From a virus (taxonomy: Duplodnaviria > Caudoviricetes), in IMG/VR virus record IMGVR_UViG_3300010346_000241, positions 64,001 to 128,000 of that record: a stretch of 64,000 bases of DNA; one strand, 5' to 3'. Under the pieces are notes generated by a model. That model saw only the letters and a list, made by a program, of their open reading frames with translations, was not told where the DNA came from and did not search any database. Of this stretch, positions 31,471-41,343 are shown piece after piece; within the stretch, counting starts at the first letter, position 1; the number at the start of each line of letters is the position of its first letter. The position numbers were made by a program, and so were the translations under genes.

Positions 31471-32040
31471 CTACTCATCTTTTTTCTGTTGTTCTACATA
31501 GTGATAGCCCTTGATAGTACGGCTATCGATTTCGATCCTACTTTCAGTAGGTGTTACCTGATGCTGATATCTTCCGTTGTAGAGGAAGTCTACATCACCA
31601 TCAGGTTTCTCAAAGTACAGCTGTCCTATGAGGTCATTAGGATAGACTCTCACTGGAACAGTAGCAATCATCTCCAGAGTATAGTGTCCATCAAATCCTA
31701 TATCTCCGAAGCCTGCTGTTGCATGTATCTGCAGACCAAGTCTTCCTATAGAAGATCTTCCGTCGATTGCAGATATATAGAAGTTACTCTTGACTCTTTC
31801 TACTATCGAGCCAATGTACAGCTTACCAGGATAGAGTATGAATCCTTCTTCTGGTATTGTACGTTCATAGTCAGGTTTGTTCTTCTCCCTAGTGTCCAAA
31901 ACTCTATGCTCCTGATATATCTTAATAGTATCAGCGAGATGGACATTGTAACTGTTTGGGTTGATACAAGATATGTCGAACGGCGTTATCTGTATCTCCT
32001 TGTTCTTGATCGCTTTAATAATAGCTGATCCTGTTAGCAT
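31471..32040 (-). CDS. dcd: dCTP deaminase
   Basis: INPNSYNVHL and GRSSIGRLGL..TAGFGDIGFDGHYTLE..YNGRYQ motifs. Confidence 0.92.
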   Translation of the reverse strand: MLTGSAIIKAIKNKEIQITPFDISCINPNSYNVHLADTIKIYQEHRVLDTREKNKPDYERTIPEEGFILYPGKLYIGSIVERVKSNFYISAIDGRSSIGRLGLQIHATAGFGDIGFDGHYTLEMIATVPVRVYPNDLIGQLYFEKPDGDVDFLYNGRYQHQVTPTESRIEIDSRTIKGYHYVEQQKKDE

Positions 32041-32087
32041 ATGAATGCCTCCTTTCCAAAGTATTAAGACTTCTTAGTCTCGACATG

Positions 32088-32114
32088 ATAATATATAACC
32101 TAGTTACATATTAT
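32088..32114. promoter_or_regulatory. Divergent pair of candidate early promoter motifs
   Basis: TATATTAT on the minus strand (32088-32095) and CATATTAT on the plus strand (32107-32114), between divergent genes. Confidence 0.45.
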
Positions 32115-32164
32115 TGTGATGTACACCCAAGGGTATACATCAATCTATTAAAGGAGGTAGTTCT

Positions 32165-32560
32165 ATGATCATGAAGAATGTAACAGTTTGCTTTACAGAT
32201 GCTACAGTGGCTGCTATCAGAGACAAGAATGTCGACTTCGATAGAAGAGTCAATCTATGGGCGACTGTGATGTGCATGGCTAACAAAGCCTACAACGAAC
32301 ATGACAAGAACAAAAGAAACATAGGAGGGAAGTACGATTACTCTATGGGTTATGTACTTCTCTGCGAACTGAACAATGAGTGTGAAGAAGCTATACCTGG
32401 TATGGCGCTTCTGAATGCACTCGACACATGGACCGATGGAGAGAACGAAGCCAAAGCTGTCGATGAGATGTGTAAAGACTTCTTCGACGAAGTTGGCTTG
32501 TTCGAAACAACCAGAATCTTCGAGTATAATAAGGAGGAAACTAATAATGGAAAACAGTAA
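32165..32560 (+). CDS. Hypothetical protein (131 aa)
   Basis: AAAGGAGG RBS. Confidence 0.75.
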   Translation: MIMKNVTVCFTDATVAAIRDKNVDFDRRVNLWATVMCMANKAYNEHDKNKRNIGGKYDYSMGYVLLCELNNECEEAIPGMALLNALDTWTDGENEAKAVDEMCKDFFDEVGLFETTRIFEYNKEETNNGKQ

Positions 32561-33350
32561 GAGACTCAAGAAACAACTTATAGCTCTTCAGGAGGAACTA
32601 TATAGAGACTATCCTGGTATATACAGCTTCAAGGCTATCATGGAAAGTATAAAGGATTTGATTGATCCTATATCCATGAGAGCATATGACGAAATATGGA
32701 ATCTCTATAATGAAGCACCTGACTTCTGTACTAATGACGGAGAACCCTATTATAAGGACTTCAATCAGTTCATCTGTAATGATACTAGAAATGGTACAAT
32801 CAGAGATGGTATCATTAGCCAAATCTATACTATAACAAGAGAGAATAAGATTGAGCTAAAAGACGACTCGCTCGATAAAGTCAACAAGACAAACAAGTCT
32901 AAGTTGTACTTTATTCTTAGATACTTATACAATGATATCACTATGGCTAAGATAAGCTTCAACCTTCCAGATGGAACATGGATGCCAGTAGATACAAGTT
33001 ATCTCTTCAACTTAAGAGACATCTTTGAAGATCTGAAAGATGATGAAATGATAAGTATATTCAATCGTCTGTTGGGTTCTGTAGAGATGAAGACTCCACC
33101 AATTTCTAACAATGTCGATGAGGTAGTAGCTGCTATATGCCAACCTCCAGCAATGCAGTGTGTTAACATGGATCTCATAACTGGACTTGAAGCAACCATC
33201 AAGACTAGAATAGATGCTGAGACAGATACTACTCTTATCAATGCAGTTAATGGTATGCTTGATATAATGAGTTTTGGTAGCTATAAGATTGTAGACATCA
33301 AACGTATGATCGATCTCTGTGAAATCCCACCGTGTATAAGAGGTGAATAA
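32547..33350 (+). CDS. Hypothetical protein (267 aa)
   Basis: Start refined to ATG 32547 after AAGGAGG. Confidence 0.75.
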   Translation: MENSKRLKKQLIALQEELYRDYPGIYSFKAIMESIKDLIDPISMRAYDEIWNLYNEAPDFCTNDGEPYYKDFNQFICNDTRNGTIRDGIISQIYTITRENKIELKDDSLDKVNKTNKSKLYFILRYLYNDITMAKISFNLPDGTWMPVDTSYLFNLRDIFEDLKDDEMISIFNRLLGSVEMKTPPISNNVDEVVAAICQPPAMQCVNMDLITGLEATIKTRIDAETDTTLINAVNGMLDIMSFGSYKIVDIKRMIDLCEIPPCIRGE

Positions 33351-33351
33351 T

Positions 33352-33501
33352 ATGGATAAGAAGTTCATCGACAGATCAGACTGCAAATATCTTGTCAACT
33401 ACAACGAATGCTGTTTTGGACTGTTCGAGTGTAATGGTTGTATGGAATGTGAAGATTACGAACCTAGACCTTCTATTGAAGATCAGGCCGACCAGGAGTA
33501 A
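33352..33501 (+). CDS. Small Cys-rich protein (49 aa, absent from the ORF track)
   Basis: GAGGTG RBS; MDKKFIDRSDCKYLVNYNECCFGLFECNGCMECEDYEPRPSIEDQADQE; ends just before a terminator. Confidence 0.65.
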   Translation: MDKKFIDRSDCKYLVNYNECCFGLFECNGCMECEDYEPRPSIEDQADQE

Positions 33502-33511
33502 GCAAAGATAG

Positions 33512-33544
33512 AGAACGGACCAGTTAAGGTCCGTTCTTTTTTTT
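33512..33544. terminator. Terminator between convergent genes
   Basis: AGAACGGACC/GGTCCGTTCT stem plus T8. Confidence 0.8.
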
Positions 33545-33545
33545 G

Positions 33546-36389
33546 TTATCTAACGATTCTCTTCATTGCTTCCAGTCCGTATCTTAACGTGTTGTTGGTG
33601 ATCTTAACACCGTTGTCTGAGAAAGGTGTGCTGTTGTAGTATGCTGCGAAGTTGAAGTTCTTGTCGAGACTGCTCATGTGTTTGAAGTTGGTCTTAAACA
33701 CATTCATAGCTATGCTTCTCTGTCTAACAAGTTTGTTGTACTCGTCTACAGGAACGTTTCTCTTCTTCATTCTCTTCTCAAGCTCTGCTATGATGTACCA
33801 CATCTTAGCAAGCTCATACTTCATACCCTCTTCGTTGTTGGTGTTTCTATAAGTCTCAAGAAGAGTTACACTGTTGTCTATTTCTTCATCGAAGTCTATA
33901 TTTCCAGTAGAACACTTATAGATGATCAGATTGCCTTCTTTATCAAACTCCACAGGAAACTTCTTCATCTCATTGAAGATTGATACCGATTCATGGAACC
34001 TTTCTTTTTTAGCGATCTTATGATACCAACGCCACTTATACGAATACTCCATAACAGTCATCTCCTTGTTGTTGGTGAACTTCTTCCTTCTCTTAGCAGT
34101 AACCTTGTCTACTACTATAGAGCCAATGAACTTCACTTTACAAGGTTCGAGTATCCACATCTCATTCGTTACGTTAGCATCGAAGATATCACCATTCTTC
34201 TTGATAACTTTGTTGCTTCTGGTCTTGTACTCTGAGATAGGTTTCTCTGGTACAAAGACATAGATCTGCTTTCCAGCAAGATGAAGTCTCTTGTTAGGAT
34301 TGATGATAGCATTGAGTGCACCCTCTATAGAGTTAGAGAAGCAGATTCTGGGAGTCTTAGGGTCTTCATATCCATATCCGTCAGGATTGTTTTCAGTCTT
34401 GAACTTCTCGAGTTTCTTCTCAAAGTCCTTATCCTTCTCTTTCATACCTTTGATCCACTCTGGCACTCTTGGAGTAAGAGTCTTTTCATCGAGGTCTTCA
34501 TCGAAGGATAGATGATAGAAGGTCTTATTACCGTATGGATTAACTCCGTTCTTAAGGTCGTTCAGAGCCTCAGTAACATAGACATTCTCAACCACTGCTT
34601 CAGTAGTATCTTTGTTGAGAAGGTAGTCAACTTTCTTTTTTATCTTATTGCCGTTATACTGACCCGCTGGACCATCATACACTTTGAAGATAGTGTTCGC
34701 TCTTGTCTTGATACCATCATAGATGTCTGCTGGACTGGGCATATTGATATCCCTTACGAGATTGATGTTTCCAGCTTTCAGAATAGTATCTACAAATGTA
34801 CTGCATACCTGATTGTATTCATTGTCGTCAGGCTTGACGTCTTTCTTTCTGATGAATCTGGGGAGCATTCTGAAGTCGTAGTGGGTATCATGAGTCTTAA
34901 AGTCATAGACCTTCTTCTTCATGTTCTCTACTACTTCACTCTCAGCAAAGAAGCACCATACAGTAATCGGTACGTCCTTTATAGTCTCAAGCTTCTCCAT
35001 AACGAATCCAAGATTCTCTTTACGGAAGTTGTACGAATAGAGTTCCTTGAGATTGGGGTCAAATGATATACTAGCATGACTATACTCACTCTTAGTAACC
35101 TTCTGTATACCAGAAGATATGATAGGTGTCTTTCCTTTAGTGAGTACTATGAAGACAGGCTTATGTGTCTTCTTTGAAACTGCCTCTTCGACAACATCGG
35201 GAAGGTCATCTGGTACTATATCATCCATATTGATGAAGATATCTCTTGGTACACAGTTGTCTATGTAGTCGTTGATTCTCTTAGCAGCCTTAGCTCTGTT
35301 CTCTGGTGTGAAGGGTACTTCGGGATTCCATCCAAGGTCAAGTATACTCTGCTTTCTAGCAAGCAACTCTTCTTCAGTACCACTCTCTTTGATATCATCA
35401 TAATCCAAGTAGAGTTTGTTAAGAGTATTGATCCATTCAGGTGTGAAGTCTTCATAGACATGCTGAGCTATCATATTCTTATAAGAGTCAAACCAGGTAG
35501 TCGAAGAGATGTCTTTGGTAAGACCATCATTGTCAGCCTTCTTAGAATAGTAGTTATCGTTACCATGAACACCCATGTCTATCAACTCTGTAGGAGTGAA
35601 GTATGGAGTGTTGTTGAGTCTGCTCTTTATAGGTTTATCAACTTTCTTGCTCTCTTCAAGAGATTTAAGGAAGTGCTGTCCTACAAAAGTATTAGGGTCA
35701 TGGAACATCTCATCTACTATATTAGCTTCATCACTTTGAATGTCTGGTTCAAGTTTGCCGACTACATCACTATCTTTTGAAGTGTCAATATCCTTCAGAA
35801 GCTCACCCTTGATCTGGTCGTATCTCTGCTGATTGGACAGACCGTACATCATTCTTGAACCATCATCACTGAGCTTTCTCTGATGTACTGTAAGAGACAT
35901 GTAGTTAGCATAATGCTTCTCAAGGTCTTCAAGCTGTTCTTTAGCAGTACCACCTTCTATATCTGGTATAACGTAGATACCACTACCAGAAAAGTATGGT
36001 CCATCAGAACCCTCAAAGATAAGACCTTCAAAGTCAGAATCAGTATCTGTAGTGAAAGAATCGTTCTTAGCATTAACGATACTATCATCTGGGAATATCT
36101 TGAGACTGAGTTCTTGGTTGTTTGGTCCAAAGTCTCTTCTTTTGGCTTCTCTAGTATGCTTGATAAAGTCGGCTTTAAGAGCCTCATAGTGCTGCTGGTT
36201 TGTCATTCCATAGATCTGTATGGATCTATCATCACATAATCTCTGCTGTCTGATAGTCATTGTGGAGAGGAACTTAGTCCACAACTCTTCAAGTTCTTCA
36301 AGATTATTCGTGGGGGTTATAATCACATAATTAGATTCCCTAGCATACTTCTTCGCTAAGATTTCTTTATATGTATCTTCTCTCATCAT
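33546..36389 (-). CDS. Multidomain virion protein: N-terminal tandem repeat, permuted papain-like (YiiX/C92) domain, ADP-ribosyltransferase-like domain
   Basis: YSHASISF..YDF..QVCSTFVDTIL (permuted NlpC/P60 with His before Cys); FYHLS..LTPRVP..RICFSNSIEGAL..EMWI (ART-like). Late promoter at 36417-36428; start refined to 36389. Confidence 0.6.
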   Translation of the reverse strand: MMREDTYKEILAKKYARESNYVIITPTNNLEELEELWTKFLSTMTIRQQRLCDDRSIQIYGMTNQQHYEALKADFIKHTREAKRRDFGPNNQELSLKIFPDDSIVNAKNDSFTTDTDSDFEGLIFEGSDGPYFSGSGIYVIPDIEGGTAKEQLEDLEKHYANYMSLTVHQRKLSDDGSRMMYGLSNQQRYDQIKGELLKDIDTSKDSDVVGKLEPDIQSDEANIVDEMFHDPNTFVGQHFLKSLEESKKVDKPIKSRLNNTPYFTPTELIDMGVHGNDNYYSKKADNDGLTKDISSTTWFDSYKNMIAQHVYEDFTPEWINTLNKLYLDYDDIKESGTEEELLARKQSILDLGWNPEVPFTPENRAKAAKRINDYIDNCVPRDIFINMDDIVPDDLPDVVEEAVSKKTHKPVFIVLTKGKTPIISSGIQKVTKSEYSHASISFDPNLKELYSYNFRKENLGFVMEKLETIKDVPITVWCFFAESEVVENMKKKVYDFKTHDTHYDFRMLPRFIRKKDVKPDDNEYNQVCSTFVDTILKAGNINLVRDINMPSPADIYDGIKTRANTIFKVYDGPAGQYNGNKIKKKVDYLLNKDTTEAVVENVYVTEALNDLKNGVNPYGNKTFYHLSFDEDLDEKTLTPRVPEWIKGMKEKDKDFEKKLEKFKTENNPDGYGYEDPKTPRICFSNSIEGALNAIINPNKRLHLAGKQIYVFVPEKPISEYKTRSNKVIKKNGDIFDANVTNEMWILEPCKVKFIGSIVVDKVTAKRRKKFTNNKEMTVMEYSYKWRWYHKIAKKERFHESVSIFNEMKKFPVEFDKEGNLIIYKCSTGNIDFDEEIDNSVTLLETYRNTNNEEGMKYELAKMWYIIAELEKRMKKRNVPVDEYNKLVRQRSIAMNVFKTNFKHMSSLDKNFNFAAYYNSTPFSDNGVKITNNTLRYGLEAMKRIVR

Positions 36390-36416
36390 GAGTCCTCCTT
36401 TACACGTTGTATAGAT

Positions 36417-36428
36417 TATAGTGATGTT
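36417..36428 (-). promoter_or_regulatory. Late promoter AACA-N6-TA
   Basis: AACA-tcacta-TA, identical to the one at 16574. Confidence 0.75.
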
Positions 36429-36434
36429 TCCGAC

Positions 36435-36471
36435 AAAAAATAAGGTGGCCGTGGAGTTACTCACGGCCATT
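36435..36471 (-). terminator. Intrinsic terminator after thyX
   Basis: TGGCCGTG/CACGGCCA stem plus T-run on the minus strand. Confidence 0.75.
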
Positions 36472-36483
36472 ATATATATATCC

Positions 36484-37854
36484 TTAACTTTCTTTTGTTG
36501 CTATCACTTCTGCGTCGTCATCGTACTTCACCAGTACAGAATTGTAGAACTCCTTCAGTCCAGGAATCCAGAACGGGCTGGTGATATCGATACCCTGATC
36601 AGCTGCGAATTCTTCTGTATATCCCTTAGCCTTACACTCCTGAAGTCTGAGAAGAGTATGAAGAAGTTCCCAAGCATACTCTCTTATCTCAGCCTGAGCA
36701 TGAGGCTCACAACGAAGCTCAAAGAACTTCAGAAGTGAAGAGAATGTGAATGTCATGTAGATAGCATGGCACTGCACATTGCTAGGAAGGTATGCACGAG
36801 CATCTTCCTTCTTTATACCCTGCTTTCTGAGCTGGCCGTATATTTTACACAGCTCAGTACCAAGTGATTCCAGTGAGCACTTTTTCTTGATTCCGTAAAG
36901 ATCAATTTCGAACATATCCTCCTTAGGAAGATACTTGGCTACTGGAGGAACAGTGAAACCAGCATTGTCATAATTTACGTAACGCTGACTCTCCTGAGTG
37001 ATCGCATTACGATGTCTGACGAGCTGGTGAGTTGCCGTACGTGACATATTCTTGAAGAGTATGGTAATCGTACAGCATTCTCTCAATCCTTCACTGTCCA
37101 GCAATCCATGAGGCACCAGATAGCTTATTGCCGCAGCATTGTCGATATTCACTATTTCGAACTTGTCATTGTTCTTATATGATACAGTGAATGGTTTATC
37201 GATATCTCCAGCTTGTTCTTTTACCTGTTCTTCATCTTCGATGTCAAGTTCAGGATCAAGATCAAGCTGATTGATAGCGATGTTATCGATGAACTGGGTA
37301 GGATCCATGATCTCTGGTGCTACATTGCTCCAAAGTTCCTTTACAGTGCACTGGTAGAGTTGTCTACGGATATGCTCCATGAAGCAGTTCTCTTCTTCAT
37401 TCCAAGGGAAGTTGATGATGAGGTGTTTGAATCCTCTTATACTTCCCTGGAATATAGTATCGAATGTGTTTGTGTCTCTATTGGGGTCTGCTGCATTTGA
37501 AGAGACTTTAAGATACTTACACAGGTTACGTCTGTTAGTAGTTAATCTCAAAAGGTCTGGAAGATAGTCATCACTTGTACCATGTATAGCAATGATGATA
37601 TTGTTGTGCTCTACGATAGAGTCATGACCTGCCTGGACTCTCTTGCCGATATAAGTTTTAATCTCATCATAACTCTTGTTGTTATCTTTGATAGCATAAC
37701 AAGAGCGACAAGCATCATAGATGATGTGGATGCTGTCATTATAATAGAGAGGCTCACTTACTCCTGTAAGTGAGTGTCCCGTATTACTAAAGGGAAGACC
37801 CTGCGCTCCGTAGAACGCATTGAGTCTTGCCTTTTCTTCAGGTGTCTTCTTCAT
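36484..37854 (-). CDS. thyX: Flavin-dependent thymidylate synthase ThyX (long form)
   Basis: GHDSIVEH, SRTATHQLVRHR..QESQRY, DARAYLP and LRCEPHAQAEIR motifs; start 37854 overlaps the upstream TAA. Confidence 0.92.
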   Translation of the reverse strand: MKKTPEEKARLNAFYGAQGLPFSNTGHSLTGVSEPLYYNDSIHIIYDACRSCYAIKDNNKSYDEIKTYIGKRVQAGHDSIVEHNNIIIAIHGTSDDYLPDLLRLTTNRRNLCKYLKVSSNAADPNRDTNTFDTIFQGSIRGFKHLIINFPWNEEENCFMEHIRRQLYQCTVKELWSNVAPEIMDPTQFIDNIAINQLDLDPELDIEDEEQVKEQAGDIDKPFTVSYKNNDKFEIVNIDNAAAISYLVPHGLLDSEGLRECCTITILFKNMSRTATHQLVRHRNAITQESQRYVNYDNAGFTVPPVAKYLPKEDMFEIDLYGIKKKCSLESLGTELCKIYGQLRKQGIKKEDARAYLPSNVQCHAIYMTFTFSSLLKFFELRCEPHAQAEIREYAWELLHTLLRLQECKAKGYTEEFAADQGIDITSPFWIPGLKEFYNSVLVKYDDDAEVIATKES

Positions 37855-38921
37855 TAGTAGTATACCTCCTCTGGCATATAGTCTGCACATGTCTGGAACC
37901 TGTACTGTTCGTTACCTTTGTAGCAAAGCCCAGTAAAGTTATTGGTAGATAAGTAGTAGTTCCACCAGCTTACTATATCTCTGTTGATATCTATTGGCTT
38001 TCGCCATCCGATCTCTCCATTGATAGTCTGCGAAGTGTAGACTTTGATAATGTATCCGATGAACGGATTTACATAGTTCATGGCATCTAACTTTGGTAAA
38101 CAGTATGTCATGAAAAAGTTGTATATGAGGTTAACGTTCTTACGGAATACTTCATTTGTTTCGAAGATCTGCTCGTACTGTTTGCTATCGTCATTAAGAA
38201 TGTGTCTTCTTTCGATAACCTTATCAGAAAGTTCTTCAGCACAGCATACTGCAATAGTGATGTCAGTATGTAATGCTTCAGTTAAAGCTCCGATATCGAT
38301 ACCGTTGTGATTGATATGAACATCTACATCGTCATAGTCATCTTCGCAGTTGTACTTAAACTGGATTGACTTATCTTCAGATGAGTTGAGAAGAACTTTA
38401 AGTCTGTCTCTTATAACAGATTCAAACTTGATGTATCTTGCAACGAGTCTATCAGCTATCTCATCTCTGGTAGCAGTGGATACCAAAGTAGTCTGAGACT
38501 TCTTTGTCTTTGAAGCAGGTTTTATAGTAAGTTCTTCCTTGATCTTCTTAGCATAGTCATAACCTCCGTCGTCATGGACGTATGCGTAAAAGAATGTCGA
38601 CAGAAGTCCTCTGTCGTAGATCTTAATAACTGGCTTTCTGATTGTTTCAGATAAGAATTCTCTTGAATGCATATCAGTATTGTAGAGTCTTCCGAGAAGA
38701 AATGCATCCATGTATTCGTACATGTTGTTCTCATACTCGTCGGTCTTATCATCGTCTACTGTTGCCAGCCTTGTTGCTGGTCTAGTAGAAAATATGTGTA
38801 TGTGCTTTTTGGGTTCTGATGGAGTCTTATGATAAAGATTTACATCAAGCTCATCAAGAATAGTTCCTTTACCACAAGCGTCTGGTCCGTCAATGACGGC
38901 TCTGAATGAATTGTAGATCAT
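37854..38921 (-). CDS. Divergent thymidylate/dNMP kinase-like P-loop protein
   Basis: AVIDGPDACGKGT P-loop and IYDRGLLS motif. It has its own AAGGAGG RBS before ATG 38921, although the frame stays open further upstream to 39332. Confidence 0.7.
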   Translation of the reverse strand: MIYNSFRAVIDGPDACGKGTILDELDVNLYHKTPSEPKKHIHIFSTRPATRLATVDDDKTDEYENNMYEYMDAFLLGRLYNTDMHSREFLSETIRKPVIKIYDRGLLSTFFYAYVHDDGGYDYAKKIKEELTIKPASKTKKSQTTLVSTATRDEIADRLVARYIKFESVIRDRLKVLLNSSEDKSIQFKYNCEDDYDDVDVHINHNGIDIGALTEALHTDITIAVCCAEELSDKVIERRHILNDDSKQYEQIFETNEVFRKNVNLIYNFFMTYCLPKLDAMNYVNPFIGYIIKVYTSQTINGEIGWRKPIDINRDIVSWWNYYLSTNNFTGLCYKGNEQYRFQTCADYMPEEVYY

Positions 38922-39456
38922 AGTGTGATCCTCCTTTTGGTTGATATTATGATGTCGATGGAGCTGTAAGACATTACGCCCTCCAGAACCATTATACTTT
39001 TCAAAGTACTTACTTTCTTTATAGTCTACCAGCCATTCTGGAAGAATGTATGGTATGGTAGCTTGTACTACTACATTTGGTTCATTAGCATGCACTCCGC
39101 TAAGAAAAGTCTTCTCGCTATACTCAGATAAACTATCTGGTTGGTCTCCCCATTCGTCGGGATGCTTCATGAAGTATATCAAATCTGTCCACCAGTAGTA
39201 GCACTGCAGTTTGACTTTGTTATCTGGAACTTCCAGTATTAAGGCTACGGAATCATCTTCAAAATTTAGCTCCATAGAATTCTGAATGCTTTCCTTCAAC
39301 GCATCCGAATATTGGAGTATCTTGCCATCCATAGTAATCCATCATATCCTTATAAGGACCTACAAGATTGGATGCCTTTGTTGGTCTTGCAAAGTAGGGT
39401 TTCCAGTCTTGTAGTATACGTAAAGCTATTTGGTTTTGAATAGTAACAAGTTTCAT
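38922..39456 (-). pseudogene. DUF3841-like gene split by a +1 frameshift (programmed shift, mutation or sequence error)
   Basis: The ORF from 39456 (AAAGGAG RBS, MKLVTIQ..) stops at AAA TTT TGA. The +1 frame continues LILEVPD..VVQATIPYILPEWL. Together the two halves recall DUF3841. Confidence 0.45.
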
Positions 39457-39493
39457 GTTATCACTCCTTTCGTAAGAATGAGATATCTCATTC

Positions 39494-41119
39494 TTACGAT
39501 TTGTTTATGAGACGTCTGTCGATAACGAACAGCTCCCCACATATTTTGCATCTGCACTTTATTACAGTGCCGTTATCGTATTCGATGTTCATATCATTAG
39601 CAGTATCGAAGTGTACTATTTTCTTCACGTCATTCCTCCATTCACTTGTAATCTTGGTTATAGCCTTATTCATTCCACTTGAGTCAAAAGTCTCAATGCT
39701 TATTTTAGGAATGCCATTCTTGTAGATATATGAGACTAATGCGTTATGAGCACAGCGATAGCAGTCTTCTTTATCACTCTCCGGGATTGATGATTGCTCT
39801 TTAGAAGCATACAAAGCTTCAAGCTTATCCAATCTATTCTTAAGTTCAGCATTCTCTCCAGCTAAAGAAGCTACAGTAGTCTCTAACTGATTGAATCTCG
39901 TATTAAGATACGGTGGATACGGTGGTTGTATAACTGGATTATTCAGTGTCGGATATGATGGTGCTGTACAGAAAGGAATATTGTATGGCATCGGATTAGT
40001 AGGTGCAGGAGTTCCCAGTTTTGTAAAGAGATCATTTATACTACACTGAGTTAACTCCACTGCAACTCTGGATATTTCAGTGCTATATCTAATCATAGCT
40101 TCATCAATTCTAGCGTGCTGATAGATGGAATAGATATAGTCTACAATGCAGTCTGGATAGAACCAAAGATGCTCAAGCTGATCTCCCATGAAGCTGTTAT
40201 AGATTGCTATACCATAGCTCATAAGAGCATGGACATAGGATAATATATTCATAGAAGCTATCTTTATAACCTCCTCCTCGAAAAGAATGCCTATGCTGCT
40301 GTCTTCTATAAGAGGATCGTTAATAAACTGATTGATCATACAAAGCGCTCTTAATGTAGTAGTATCACTATCGAATATAGAATCATCATCTACTTCGTCC
40401 CATTCTAACACTGTTTTACCCATCGATGTTGCTGTGGATGAAGTAAAGTTCATAAGCCAATCTGGAATAGTTCTTTCAGCGATCTTCAGACTAGTATCAT
40501 AGTCTTTCTCAAGTACACTATAGACATACGATACTACAAACTTTACTAAGTCTCTAGGGTCATATTCCTTTATACCGTTTTTGAATGATCTTGTGTTTTC
40601 AAGATCTTCACGCATCATTGCCATGTGGTTTATTGCTGGTAGAGTTCTAAACTCATCCGATGTAATGAATCTCCTATCGAAGTCTTTATGATCATTATAG
40701 TATGCAATCTTGTCAAACTGTTTATGATATAAAGAATCATAGGATGTCTTATATATCTCATCGTCTTGTAAGCTGTTCACAAACCAATCTAACAGATAGA
40801 TTAGTCTTGCTGTTGCTTTCATGTTCTGGCTTTCGAAATAACTGTTTGACATAAACTCTCTAAAGAGATCTAATGTGAAACGGTCATATAAGAAACCGTG
40901 TATACCAAGATCATTTGTGTTGAGAGAAGCAAGTTTGTTTATCTCATCTACTCCTTCTGAAGTGGTATAGATTTTAGAGTTCGCTTCTTTAGTAGTACCG
41001 ATTCTAGTGCTTCTTAGTACTCTCTTCTGTTTAATCACAAAAGAGTCTTCATCTGCAATAAAACTTTCAAGTGATTTAATCCAAGGTTTCTCATTCATAA
41101 TGATTTCTACATTGTTCAT
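39494..41119 (-). CDS. Hypothetical protein (541 aa) with Pro-rich linker, coiled coil and C-terminal Cys motifs
   Basis: AAGGAGG RBS; CYRC..CKIC; candidate early motif at 41204-41211. Confidence 0.75.
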   Translation of the reverse strand: MNNVEIIMNEKPWIKSLESFIADEDSFVIKQKRVLRSTRIGTTKEANSKIYTTSEGVDEINKLASLNTNDLGIHGFLYDRFTLDLFREFMSNSYFESQNMKATARLIYLLDWFVNSLQDDEIYKTSYDSLYHKQFDKIAYYNDHKDFDRRFITSDEFRTLPAINHMAMMREDLENTRSFKNGIKEYDPRDLVKFVVSYVYSVLEKDYDTSLKIAERTIPDWLMNFTSSTATSMGKTVLEWDEVDDDSIFDSDTTTLRALCMINQFINDPLIEDSSIGILFEEEVIKIASMNILSYVHALMSYGIAIYNSFMGDQLEHLWFYPDCIVDYIYSIYQHARIDEAMIRYSTEISRVAVELTQCSINDLFTKLGTPAPTNPMPYNIPFCTAPSYPTLNNPVIQPPYPPYLNTRFNQLETTVASLAGENAELKNRLDKLEALYASKEQSSIPESDKEDCYRCAHNALVSYIYKNGIPKISIETFDSSGMNKAITKITSEWRNDVKKIVHFDTANDMNIEYDNGTVIKCRCKICGELFVIDRRLINKS

Positions 41120-41343
41120 ATAGATTCCTCCTTTTGAATCTAGGTTTTGTTGTTTACATGTGTATGAATACCAGTAGTCTGACCATTCTACTGATACATC
41201 TATATAGTATATAACACACTCTTATATTGAGTAGACCTTAACAGGTTGGGAGGTTAGAGATTAAAGAACCAGGTTGAAGGTAAGATATAACTACACTACA
41301 GTCAGTCTTTTGTAGTAAAATATTACAGGGGGAACACCTAAAT

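Noticed and set aside
37854-39332. 492-aa ORF starting at 39332 as a single ordinary gene
   Set aside because: Weak RBS at 39332, while strong RBSs lie at 39456 (other frame) and 38921; better explained as a split gene plus a kinase
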